60,254 nt of DNA from Planctomycetota bacterium (GTDB lineage: Bacteria; Planctomycetota; B15-G4; JADJEK01), in the NCBI GenBank assembly GCA_044225365.1, contig JBGAIQ010000031.1, positions 1 to 60,254 on the forward strand. Direction: 5' to 3'. The notes under the pieces are model-generated. The model searched no databases and had not been told where the DNA came from. It saw nothing but the letters and a program-made list of their open reading frames with translations. A program made the position numbers and the translations under genes. Shown in pieces: positions 1 through 8,782 of this stretch (position 1 is the first letter of the stretch; every line of letters begins with the position of its first letter).

Positions 1-942
1 AGCGGCAAGCCGATCCTCGACGGCCCCGGCGGCAATGTGATCGGTCAGATGGTCCCGACGACGAAGCTCACGACCGTGAAGGGTCCTTCGATGTCGAGCC
101 CGATGATCGACGGCGCCGGCAACGTGTGGTTCATCTCCGCAGTGGAGATGTTCAATGGCACCGCGCCGCTGTTCGCGCTCCTGCGCTCCGTCTACGACCC
201 CGCGAACTTCAAGTTCGAACTCGAGATGGTCGCCGAACTCGGCCACGTCTTCACGGGCATCAACTCCGGTACGAACTTCGCGCTCACCGACCTGCGCCTC
301 GCGGACTCCAACTCGATCGACTCGGGCAGCGTCTGGTCGAACAACATCAGCGAAGACGGCTTCATGGGCATCGACGGCGCGTGCTTCGATCCTTCCGATC
401 CGCGCTCGACGGGCGGCCTCGTGCTCGACGCGACGGTGATCTACGACACCGACAACAACGGCCTCTTCCAGGCCTGTGACCCGGCGAACCCGGGGAACAG
501 TCAGGACGAGCAGTATCGCGTCCTCCTCTACGTCGGCGCGAACGGCTCGACGGGCATCCAGAACTATGGCACGGGCTGCGGCGGTTCCGCGGGCGTCGTC
601 CCCTCGCTAGCGATCGACGGCCTGGCGAAGAGCGGCTGCACCATCGACTTCACGATCAGCGGCGGCATCGGCGGCCAGTCGGCGATCGTGTTCCTCGGCC
701 TCGTGCCGGGTTCGGTCGCGATCCCCGGCGCCTGCCATCTGCTCGTGACTCCGCTCCTACCGATCTCGTTCACGCTGCCGCTGTTCGGCAGCGCGACTCC
801 GGGCGGCGGCTCGATCAGTTTCCCGGCGACGATCCCGACCGTTCCGTCGGGATTCACCACGACGCTACAAGCGTTCTGCACGGACCCGGGTGTGTTCTGG
901 GGCTTCTCCGCGACGCAGGGCGTTCAGTTGAGCTTCCAGTGA
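1..942 (+). CDS. 5'-truncated secreted/surface protein with a C-terminal ~125-aa beta-sandwich-like domain
   Basis: Frame is open from base 1 to TGA at 940-942. Ends in NYGTGCGG...VPSL...PSG...LQAFCTDP...GFSATQGVQL, a pattern shared with the C-terminus of 22194..24734. Confidence 0.75.
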   Translation, partial: SGKPILDGPGGNVIGQMVPTTKLTTVKGPSMSSPMIDGAGNVWFISAVEMFNGTAPLFALLRSVYDPANFKFELEMVAELGHVFTGINSGTNFALTDLRLADSNSIDSGSVWSNNISEDGFMGIDGACFDPSDPRSTGGLVLDATVIYDTDNNGLFQACDPANPGNSQDEQYRVLLYVGANGSTGIQNYGTGCGGSAGVVPSLAIDGLAKSGCTIDFTISGGIGGQSAIVFLGLVPGSVAIPGACHLLVTPLLPISFTLPLFGSATPGGGSISFPATIPTVPSGFTTTLQAFCTDPGVFWGFSATQGVQLSFQ

Positions 943-975
943 CGTGAGTCGATTCGATCCGATCGATATCCGATG

Positions 976-997
976 ATCCCCGATGAACATCGGGGAT
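976..997. terminator. Hairpin between convergent genes (possible terminator)
   Basis: Perfect inverted repeat ATCCCCGATG-AA-CATCGGGGAT. No U-tract. Confidence 0.35.
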
Positions 998-1080
998 GAG
1001 CGAAGCTACGAGCAGGCTCGCGCTTCCCGCCTTCCGGTGGGTGGTGCGGGCCTGCGTCCGTTCGAGGAATCGACGCACGA

Positions 1081-2337
1081 TCAGTCGTCGAAGAGATGCT
1101 CGAGGTAGGGCAGGAGCTTGTCCGCGCGCGCGTCGAGGAGCAGGAACGTTCCGTCCTGATCGAGTAGATAACAAGTGGGGAACGCTTGGATGCGGAACTG
1201 GCGCATCAAGGGCCCCTTCGTTTCGCGCTGTGCGATCTGCGGCCACTTCATGCCTTTTTCGACGATCAGCTTCTTCAGCAATTCGAGTCGAGATTCATCT
1301 CCGCTGATACCGAGGATCTCGAAACCCTTCTCGTGATAGCGAGCGTAGGCTTCGATGAGTTTCGGCAACTCCGCCACGCACGGCGCGCAGCCCACGGACC
1401 AGAAGTCGAGCAGTACGTACTTGCCGGCGTAATCGGAGAGCTTGACGGACTTGCCGTCGAGATCGGTGCCCTCGAGCGCGGGCGCCGCCTCGCCGACGGC
1501 GATGTTCGCGCGCTCGGGGACGAACTCGGTCGTAGGGATCAGATCGAGGAAGCGACCATAACGATCGATCTTGAACTCATAGGCGTGGTCGAATAGCCGC
1601 ACGGTTCCTTCGTCGACTCGAAAGCGCTCAAGCGATTGCCGATTCTCCAACTCGAAATCGCCGCTCCCATCGAGATCGAAGAAAGCGAATTGATAGGAAT
1701 CGTCGAAGATCCCGCCGTCGGCAACGATCGCGACGTTCAGTTTTCGATCGCCGATTCGAGCCGTTCCCCGACGCAGCATCTTCTCGCGTAGGAAGATCAC
1801 CTTTTCGTGCGTGGTGCCCCCTGGGATCTCGATCTCTCCGAGCGTGAATTCCATTGCGCAATCGAACGGGACCGTTTCCGCCCCGACCTTGCCCTCGAGC
1901 GATCGCGAGAACGAAGCCACGGGTTCGCCGTTCTTCGGCGCGAATACGAGGGGAGTCTCGTCGTCGAGATCGCCGTCCGCGTCGAAATCGATCCACAGCT
2001 TCGCGGGATCCTTGCCGTCGTTCAACAGTGCCCAGGGTCGCGTCGTGCCGTCGATCTGCAGATTGACGCCGAAACGCATTGCCTCCGTCGCTTCGCGCGG
2101 CGGCTTGCCGAGGACCCCGAAGCGGTCCTTGAATTCGGACTTCAATTGCGCGGCGATCTTGCGATACGTCGCTTCATTCCACATCTGGAGGATCGCGCGC
2201 GGACTCGTGGTGACCATCTCGGCGGGGCCGAACTCGACACGAACGACTCCTTGCGGCGGGCCCGAAGGATCTTCCGCGGGGGCACCTTCGGCGGCGAGCA
2301 GGAGCGGAGCGAGGAGAAATGCGAGTGGCATGGCCAT
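1081..2337 (-). CDS. Exported TlpA/ResA-family thiol-disulfide oxidoreductase with a large N-terminal domain
   Basis: Signal peptide. C-terminal AhpC/TSA-type fold with GKYVLLDFWSVGCAPC and the FPT cis-Pro loop. Confidence 0.9.
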   Translation of the reverse strand: MAMPLAFLLAPLLLAAEGAPAEDPSGPPQGVVRVEFGPAEMVTTSPRAILQMWNEATYRKIAAQLKSEFKDRFGVLGKPPREATEAMRFGVNLQIDGTTRPWALLNDGKDPAKLWIDFDADGDLDDETPLVFAPKNGEPVASFSRSLEGKVGAETVPFDCAMEFTLGEIEIPGGTTHEKVIFLREKMLRRGTARIGDRKLNVAIVADGGIFDDSYQFAFFDLDGSGDFELENRQSLERFRVDEGTVRLFDHAYEFKIDRYGRFLDLIPTTEFVPERANIAVGEAAPALEGTDLDGKSVKLSDYAGKYVLLDFWSVGCAPCVAELPKLIEAYARYHEKGFEILGISGDESRLELLKKLIVEKGMKWPQIAQRETKGPLMRQFRIQAFPTCYLLDQDGTFLLLDARADKLLPYLEHLFDD

Positions 2338-2424
2338 GAGGACCCTCCGCGTCGTGTACGGGGCGGGATCGTCGGCGTTGGAGGCTTCGCTCGAAGTTCG
2401 AACTTCGCGCTACACTGCGTCGCA

Positions 2425-3066
2425 ATGCACCGAATCGTGAGAGCGCAGGACGCGATCGTCCGGCCGTGGAAGAACGGCCGCGGGGAGACTCTCGAGATCG
2501 CGCGCTTTCCGACGGAATCGGACTTCTCGCGAGGAGACTTCCACTGGCGATTGTCACGCGCGGTCGTCGCCGAGGATGGTCCATTCTCGCCTTTCCCAGG
2601 CTTTCATCGAACCCTCGTCCTGCTCGAGGGCGACGGTCTCGTCATCGACCATGGTGAGTCAGCGCCGCCGCGAACCCTCCTCCCGCTTCGACCCTATGGA
2701 TTCGAGGGAGAGTGGCCGACGTCGGCGCGTCTCCTCGGTTCCACCGTTTCCGACTTCAACGTGATCGTCGCGCGCGAGCATTGCTCGGCCGACGTCCGGA
2801 TGGTCGATGGAGGGACGCGAGAGGTTCGGCCGTCCGCAACCTGCGAGCACGTTTTGTTGTACGTCGTCGACGGCGCCCTGTGCGCAGTCTCGAAGGATGC
2901 GACGGGGCGGGGCGAACGACGGGTCCTCGAGACCGGAGATTGTCTCTGGATCGACCGGAGCGATGGAAGCCCTTCGCCTCAGCGACTCGCGCTGGACCCC
3001 GTCACTGCGCAATTCGATCCGATCTTCGTTGCGATCTTCGTACAGATCGAGCCGGAGAATCGTTAG
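2425..3066 (+). CDS. hutD: HutD/Ves family cupin protein
   Basis: PWKNGRGETLEI, FHWRLSRA, GPFSPFPGFHR and DFNVI motifs. ATG at 2425 lies inside track ORF 1807..3066. Confidence 0.85.
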   Translation: MHRIVRAQDAIVRPWKNGRGETLEIARFPTESDFSRGDFHWRLSRAVVAEDGPFSPFPGFHRTLVLLEGDGLVIDHGESAPPRTLLPLRPYGFEGEWPTSARLLGSTVSDFNVIVAREHCSADVRMVDGGTREVRPSATCEHVLLYVVDGALCAVSKDATGRGERRVLETGDCLWIDRSDGSPSPQRLALDPVTAQFDPIFVAIFVQIEPENR

Positions 3067-3309
3067 GATCGCGCTGGGCGAATAGGATCGTTCGAAGGGC
3101 GGCAGCCCGGTAAAGAAGTCGGCCCGCGCAGAGACCGAGCGAGAAGCGTCAGAGCGAGGAGGACAGCGGAGGCCTATCCATGAAAAGATATGGCGCCGAT
3201 GTCCGACGATGTCCTCGCGCTTCGCACCCGGGCGAATGCCGGCCGAGTTCTGCAGCGGGTGAACAGGGTGGGACACGCCCCGCTATGCCAAGACGAGGCG
3301 AGACCCGCT

Positions 3310-3345
3310 CCGAGATAGCCGAGTAAGCCGAGTACGCCGAGATTG
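3310..3345. repeat. 9-bp-period tandem repeat (CCGAGNNNG x4)
   Basis: ccgagatag ccgagtaag ccgagtacg ccgagattg. Confidence 0.7.
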
Positions 3346-3464
3346 CAAGGAAGCCAGGGGGGCGCCTCGAGCGCCACGGGAATGCCCTGCGATTGCCCTT
3401 CGATTGGTCTTGAGTGCGGATTCCATGCCCCGTCGTTCCGCTGGACGACTTTTGAAGAGACCCC

Positions 3465-4355
3465 ATGCGACGTGAACGGAACACCGAACGAGAAGGCCGC
3501 AAGTCGCCTTCGAAGTCGTCCCCCTCGACCCAACGAACCACACCGCGTCCGGAAGCGTCGACTGCAACCCGAATTCCTTACACGCTCGAGGAACTGGAAG
3601 GGGCGCTGCGAGATCGCCTCGCGCATCTTCGTAGCGAGCGAGAGCGTCTTGCGGCGGAGTTGCGGAACGTCGACGATGCACTGGCACGGATCGCGTCGCG
3701 CGCGGCGCAATTCCCTCGATCGCTGGCGGAAGTTCTCGAGAACTCGGTCGTGTTCGATCTGAACGAGGGAGAGATCGAGATGCCCTCGCGCAGGGCGCAT
3801 CCGCCTCTCGCTTCGTCTCGCCCAGAGACGTCCCGCATCGAGGCTCGCGAGATTCCGACGGACAGAATGATTTCTCGCAGCGAACCCGTACCGCCGAGGG
3901 CGCCGGTCGCATCCCCGGCTCCGAATCCCGTCGCGATGAGTGCGCCCGTCCGGCCGGAGAGCGTACCGCTCGTGGCCGCTCCCGCGGCGTTGCCGGCGCA
4001 ATCGCCGAGGCCCGCCGGCCCGACCGTTCCTTCCGTTTCCGCGATCCCGACGGAATCGCCCTCGCCCTTGACTGCGCCTGCTCCGCCCGCCGTACCCGTC
4101 TCACCCGTATCAAGAGAAAGGCGTGGCCCGTCCGTCGGCGCCCTCCTCCTCGAGGCCATCGCCGCGACACATCCGCAACCGCGAAACGCGAAGGACCTCG
4201 TCGACGCGATCGCGCCGCGGGCATCGACTCCGCCGACCGAGATCGCCGTGGTGCAGTCCTTGCGCGCCCTGCGTTCGAACGGCTTCCTACGAACGGACGA
4301 CGGCGAGTCCTACGGTCTCACACCCGCGGGCTGCGCTCGCGTCGGAATCGCGTAG
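3465..4355 (+). CDS. Hypothetical protein: coiled coil, Pro-rich linker, probable C-terminal winged helix
   Basis: Heptad segment LRDRLAHLRSERERLAAELRNVDDALARI. C-terminus VVQSLRALRSNGFLRTDDGESYGLTPAG resembles a wHTH wing. Start uncertain. Confidence 0.6.
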   Translation: MRRERNTEREGRKSPSKSSPSTQRTTPRPEASTATRIPYTLEELEGALRDRLAHLRSERERLAAELRNVDDALARIASRAAQFPRSLAEVLENSVVFDLNEGEIEMPSRRAHPPLASSRPETSRIEAREIPTDRMISRSEPVPPRAPVASPAPNPVAMSAPVRPESVPLVAAPAALPAQSPRPAGPTVPSVSAIPTESPSPLTAPAPPAVPVSPVSRERRGPSVGALLLEAIAATHPQPRNAKDLVDAIAPRASTPPTEIAVVQSLRALRSNGFLRTDDGESYGLTPAGCARVGIA

Positions 4356-4370
4356 AACCCGTTCGCCACG

Positions 4371-4433
4371 ATCCCCATGATCCCCATGATCCCAAGATCC
4401 CATGATCTCATGATGAACCCCATGCTCTCATGA
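4371..4433. repeat. Degenerate 8-9-bp tandem repeat (ATCCCCATG-like)
   Basis: atccccatg atccccatg atcccaag atcccatg atctcatg ...aaccccatg ctctcatg, between convergent genes. Confidence 0.7.
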
Positions 4434-4458
4434 TCGATCGAGGGAGCGGGGCGTCGGT

Positions 4459-5283
4459 CTAGGGTCTTCGAGCTCGAAACGTGTCGCCTTGCGCGAAGTC
4501 GCCGGTCTCGAAACCGAGGCGGAACCAGCGCGCCCGTTGTTCCGACGTGCCGTGCGTGAACGAATCGGGAACGACGGAACCGCGGGCCTGACGCTGGAGG
4601 CGGTCATCTCCGATCGCATTTGCGGCGCGTAGCGCTTCTTCGAGATCGCCCGGATCGAGGACGTGGAATCGCGTCTGCGCGGCGTGGGCCCACAGGCCCG
4701 CGTAGAAGTCGGCCTGCAACTCCAGGCGCACGGAGAGTTGATTGGCCTCGACCTCGTTCGACGAGGCCATCTGCGCCTGCACTTTCTTCGAAATGCCGAG
4801 CAGATCTTGCACGTGGTGGCCGACCTCGTGAGCGATGACGTACGCGCAGGCGAAGTCTCCCGGCGCACCGAAGCGCGTCGCGAGGTCGTCGAAGAACGTC
4901 GTGTCGAGGTAGATCTTCGCGTCGGCGGGGCAGTAGAACGGGCCGATCGCGGCGCTCGCATAGCCGCAGGCCGAGGTGGTGGCGTCGGAGTACATCACGA
5001 GCTGCGGGTCGACGTAGGTCGCTCCCATTCGCCCGAACTCGCTGCGCCAGAAATCCTCCGTCGAACCGAGAACGGCCGCGACGAAGGCGTGGGATTCATC
5101 GGCGACGCCCTTTCCCGCCGCGGGCGGATCCTCGGTCGTGAGCCATCGAGTGGGATCGATTCCGAAGTACCAACCGACGAGCGCGACGAGGAGCGTTCCT
5201 ATTCCTCCTCCGACTCCGAGGCCGACGCGCCGCCCTCGCTGATCGACGACATTCTCACTCGGACGTTCTTCTTGCCATCGCAT
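4459..5283 (-). CDS. ypfJ: Neutral zinc metallopeptidase, YpfJ family
   Basis: MRW...SENVVDQRG start, TM helix, GPFYCPAD, HEVGHHVQ zinc motif, ELQAD, DSFTHGTSEQR. Confidence 0.92.
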   Translation of the reverse strand: MRWQEERPSENVVDQRGRRVGLGVGGGIGTLLVALVGWYFGIDPTRWLTTEDPPAAGKGVADESHAFVAAVLGSTEDFWRSEFGRMGATYVDPQLVMYSDATTSACGYASAAIGPFYCPADAKIYLDTTFFDDLATRFGAPGDFACAYVIAHEVGHHVQDLLGISKKVQAQMASSNEVEANQLSVRLELQADFYAGLWAHAAQTRFHVLDPGDLEEALRAANAIGDDRLQRQARGSVVPDSFTHGTSEQRARWFRLGFETGDFAQGDTFRARRP

Positions 5284-5525
5284 TGCGGACTCCATGGGGC
5301 GACATGTTCGAGCGCGACGCACTCCTCGCTCCGAATCGGCCTGGAGCATAGGGCGTACCGCGAACGGAGCGCGGGACGAGATCGCTCGCTGACGATTCAC
5401 GCGTCCCGATCGATTTCGAAGGTTCGTGATTATCGAGAATCTCGCGACGACCGATGCGACATGAACGGAGCGTCGCGAACCGGCGCCGAAGTGGCCGCAG
5501 GCGCGAATCGAATTTGGAGGTAGGC

Positions 5526-7334
5526 ATGTCTTCGACACGATTCTCCCGCACCGGCCTCGGTGCGGGCTTCTTCATTCTTTGTTCCAGCGCGTTCGCGCAC
5601 CAGTTGCCGGCTCCCGGCATTGCCGGGATCGAGGTCATCGGCGAGAACATCGCGGGTGGCCCGGGCATCGTCTCCGCGATCTGGGATTTCGCGCCGAGCA
5701 CTCCGCTCGGATCCACGGTGCTGAGCGGACCGATCGATACGAGTCACAACTCCGGGCGCTGGCAGACGCCCGTCGGTCGAGGAATGGTCCCGATCTTCAG
5801 CGCGGGTCTTCCCGCTCCGATGGTTGCAGTCCCGACGACGGGGCCTGGCGGCGCGGTCAATGTCGAGTTCGTGAACTATCGGTCGGGTACGGTCCCCGCG
5901 TCCTCGATCGTGGTGGGTGTCGGCTTCGGGACGATGCCGTACGACCTGCTCGCGGCGAACGGTTTCGTCTACGCCTTCGTGCAGCCGGTCGGCGGCGGCC
6001 CCGCGATCGTGTACGAGATCACCGTACCCACGGGCGTCGCCAGCATCCCGTCGGTGACGGCCGGGTTCTTCTGCGCCTCTTTCGCGAGTCCGTACGTCTC
6101 CCGAATGCTGATCGATCCCACGACGGGCAACCTCGTCGTCGTCGAGAACGACCGGATCGAGACGTTCCCCACCGGCATCGGCGGCATCCCCGCGGTGATC
6201 AACAGCTTCGTATTCCCGACGAACGCGGGCGGCACGGCGTATCAGGCGGGTACCAACGCCGCGGCAGGATTCGTGGGCCCCGGCGGCCAGAACATGATCG
6301 TCGGCCTCCGTCAGCCGAATGGCGCGGTAGGTCACGCCTTCCTCGCGTTCTCGACCGGCGCTGGCGCCGCGGCTCCCATATTCTCCGGAGACAATCCGTT
6401 CGGGAATCGCGTTCTCGCTCCCGGGTTCCACGAGATCGCGATCTCGAACGGCTCGGCGTTTCCGGTGGCGACGTTCCTCGCCGATCAACTTCCGATCAGT
6501 ACGGGAGTCGGTGCGGTGGGTCAAGTCACGCTGAGCGGCGCGGCCTACAATGTGGTCACGACGAATTGTCCTCCACCGTACGGCGATCCGGAAGCGCGCC
6601 GCAACGCAACGGGTGATCCCGTCCTGTTCCTCTCGACTCTCGCGCCGAGCGCGAACGACGGCCTATGCGCGATCGGAACCGGCGCGGCGAACCCGCTCGG
6701 TGCTCTCGCGGTCAGCGGTGCACTGCCGGGACTCGTGGTTTCCACGCAGTGTGATCGCCCGATCAGCTTGCCGGTGGTGGGTCCGAATCACGAAGCGGTG
6801 GTCAGTGTCGGTGCGGGTGGATTCGTGGGGACGGTCGTATTCCCGATCGGTCCGGGTCCGGCGATCGGGGCTCCGACGCCATCGCCAGCCATCGGCAACG
6901 GTCCGGCAACGACCCTTCCGAACGCTCTCATCGGCGGATTGCTCGGTCCGCAGCCCGTCTTCGCGCAGGGCTTTCAGAATCTCGCCGGCGCCGGCCTCGG
7001 CCTCTCGGATCAACTCGTGCTCGGCGCGCCGCTCTCGGCCCCGCCGTCGTTCGTCTTGCTGAATCCGACGGTCGCGATGTCGCCGATCCCGGCCGGTCCG
7101 CTCGTTCTCGTGCCGCCGAATCCCGCGGCGCTCAACCCGGCGCTCGGCGCGCGCTCGACCTTCAATTTCATCAACGGCATCTCGACCGCCCCCGTCGTCG
7201 TCCATCCCCAGCACTTCTTCTTCGGGGCGATCTTTGGATTCAGCGGATTGATCGTGGAGAACCCGTTCGTTCCCTTCGGGACGCAGGCGTACTTCACGGC
7301 CAACCCGATCGTGACCGAGACCTACTCGTACTGA
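5526..7334 (+). CDS. Secreted Gly/Pro/Ala/Val-rich beta-rich protein of unknown function; lysine-free
   Basis: GGAGG RBS at 5516-5520. Signal peptide ending SSAFA. Coding-like codon usage. Confidence 0.8.
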   Translation: MSSTRFSRTGLGAGFFILCSSAFAHQLPAPGIAGIEVIGENIAGGPGIVSAIWDFAPSTPLGSTVLSGPIDTSHNSGRWQTPVGRGMVPIFSAGLPAPMVAVPTTGPGGAVNVEFVNYRSGTVPASSIVVGVGFGTMPYDLLAANGFVYAFVQPVGGGPAIVYEITVPTGVASIPSVTAGFFCASFASPYVSRMLIDPTTGNLVVVENDRIETFPTGIGGIPAVINSFVFPTNAGGTAYQAGTNAAAGFVGPGGQNMIVGLRQPNGAVGHAFLAFSTGAGAAAPIFSGDNPFGNRVLAPGFHEIAISNGSAFPVATFLADQLPISTGVGAVGQVTLSGAAYNVVTTNCPPPYGDPEARRNATGDPVLFLSTLAPSANDGLCAIGTGAANPLGALAVSGALPGLVVSTQCDRPISLPVVGPNHEAVVSVGAGGFVGTVVFPIGPGPAIGAPTPSPAIGNGPATTLPNALIGGLLGPQPVFAQGFQNLAGAGLGLSDQLVLGAPLSAPPSFVLLNPTVAMSPIPAGPLVLVPPNPAALNPALGARSTFNFINGISTAPVVVHPQHFFFGAIFGFSGLIVENPFVPFGTQAYFTANPIVTETYSY

Positions 7335-7441
7335 GTCGCTCGGCACGAACGCAAGGAAGCAGGGGGCCGGACATCGCTCGCGATGTCCGGCTTTTCTCGT
7401 GCAACGGGTCGTTACGCCGCTCGAATCCCGTCGTTTCGATC

Positions 7442-7450
7442 TGGCATAAT
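7442..7450 (+). promoter_or_regulatory. Possible extended -10 element upstream of the ECF sigma operon
   Basis: TGGCATAAT (TGn-CATAAT) in GC-rich DNA, ~60 nt before GTG 7512. Confidence 0.3.
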
Positions 7451-7511
7451 GGGTCGCTTCCTCGCACGTTCGCGGGGATTCACCCCACGATTCCCGAAAC
7501 TCCCCGCCGCT

Positions 7512-8096
7512 GTGACGACATCCACGGATACGGACTCGAAGTCCACGCGAGAGAACGACTTCACCGTCGTTCGGCTCGCAATCGATGGTTCGCGCGACGC
7601 AAGGGCGGCACTCGCGACCCGGCTGAAGGTGATCGGTCGGATCGTGACGGTTCTCAACCGGCGCCATTCCGGGCTCCTTTCAGCGCACGACCTCGAAGAT
7701 GTGATCCAGGACACCGTGGCCGCGGTGCTCTCGAAGCTGGCGACGTTTCGCGGTGAGTGCGCGCTCGAGACGTGGGTGTATTCGTTCTGCGTGAACGTCT
7801 TCCAGAACGCGCGACGAAAACACCAGCGACGCCGCCGGAAGGAGAGCTTCGACGGCGCGGAGATGGAGGACGAGACGTGGCCCGAAGATCGAACTCACGA
7901 GCGAGAAGCGATCGAGTCGTCGCTGCTCCGCGTGGGACCTCCCGCATCGGAAGTGATTCGGGAGCGAGTATTCCTCGGCTGGACGTTCGCCGAGATCGGA
8001 TCGCGCCGGAACGTCGCGGAGGCGACGATCAAGACGTGGTACTACCGCGGCATCAAGGAGCTCGGCGCCCTGCTTGCGAAGGATCAAGCGACGTGA
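7512..8096 (+). CDS. ECF-type RNA polymerase sigma factor
   Basis: Region 2 DLEDVIQDT...FRGECALETWVY and region 4 HTH WTFAEIG...EATIKTWYYRG. Start could be 7449 or 7512. Confidence 0.9.
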   Translation: MTTSTDTDSKSTRENDFTVVRLAIDGSRDARAALATRLKVIGRIVTVLNRRHSGLLSAHDLEDVIQDTVAAVLSKLATFRGECALETWVYSFCVNVFQNARRKHQRRRRKESFDGAEMEDETWPEDRTHEREAIESSLLRVGPPASEVIRERVFLGWTFAEIGSRRNVAEATIKTWYYRGIKELGALLAKDQAT

Positions 8097-8782
8097 AGGA
8101 CCCACGCGACGAATCCCAGGAGGCGCTCTTGCGCAAAGTCGCTCTCGGCGAGATTCCGGCATCCGCTCCGGAGGTCCGGGCGGCCGCGGATTCGTCGCCA
8201 GAGTTCGAGTCGGCTCTCGGGCGAATCGTTTCGACGCTCGAAGGCCTGACGGCGGCGCGATCGCATCGGGACTCGGTTCTCGAGGAATCCGCGCGTCTCG
8301 TCGGCTCGGAGTTCGATGCATCGATCGAACGGAGCGTTGCGAGTGAGTTCGAGCGTCTGGATCGGGAACGAAACGAACCGCGACCGATGAACCGGCCGTG
8401 GCGGCGCTATGCGGCCGCGGCGGCGATCCTGGTCATGGCACTCGGCGGTTGGTGGTTCTACGGTTCGCGGCGGTCGCCGGTCCTGCAATCGCCGACGTAC
8501 CTGGGCGGCGAGATCGAGTGCGTCGAACCCGTAGGAACCGTTCCCGAATTCAGGGGTTTCACGTGGCGGGGTTCCCCGCCCGCTGGCTGTTGGTACGAGG
8601 TGTCGATTCGCGATCCTTCCGGACGGGAAGTGGCGCATTCGGCGCATCTCACCGTGCCCGCGTACGAACCCACGCCCGAAGTGATCGCGAAATTGCCCTC
8701 GGAGATCGAATGGACCGTGCTCCTCAAGGATGGCGGCGGCACTCGCGGCACGGGCACGGCGCGCGCCTCGCGGTCTCACTGA
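8093..8782 (+). CDS. Putative single-pass anti-sigma factor with a small extracytoplasmic beta domain
   Basis: GTGA overlap with the sigma stop. ~100-aa helical N-terminus, TM helix YAAAAAILVMALGGWWFY, FN3/Ig-like C-terminus (FTW...WYEVSI...IEWTV). Confidence 0.75.
   Translation: MKDPRDESQEALLRKVALGEIPASAPEVRAAADSSPEFESALGRIVSTLEGLTAARSHRDSVLEESARLVGSEFDASIERSVASEFERLDRERNEPRPMNRPWRRYAAAAAILVMALGGWWFYGSRRSPVLQSPTYLGGEIECVEPVGTVPEFRGFTWRGSPPAGCWYEVSIRDPSGREVAHSAHLTVPAYEPTPEVIAKLPSEIEWTVLLKDGGGTRGTGTARASRSH

Noticed and set aside
8398-8709. N-terminal extension of the CHAT ORF as given in the track
   Set aside because: Overlaps the anti-sigma gene in another frame and reads as shadow sequence. 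The signal peptide begins near 8710-8780.
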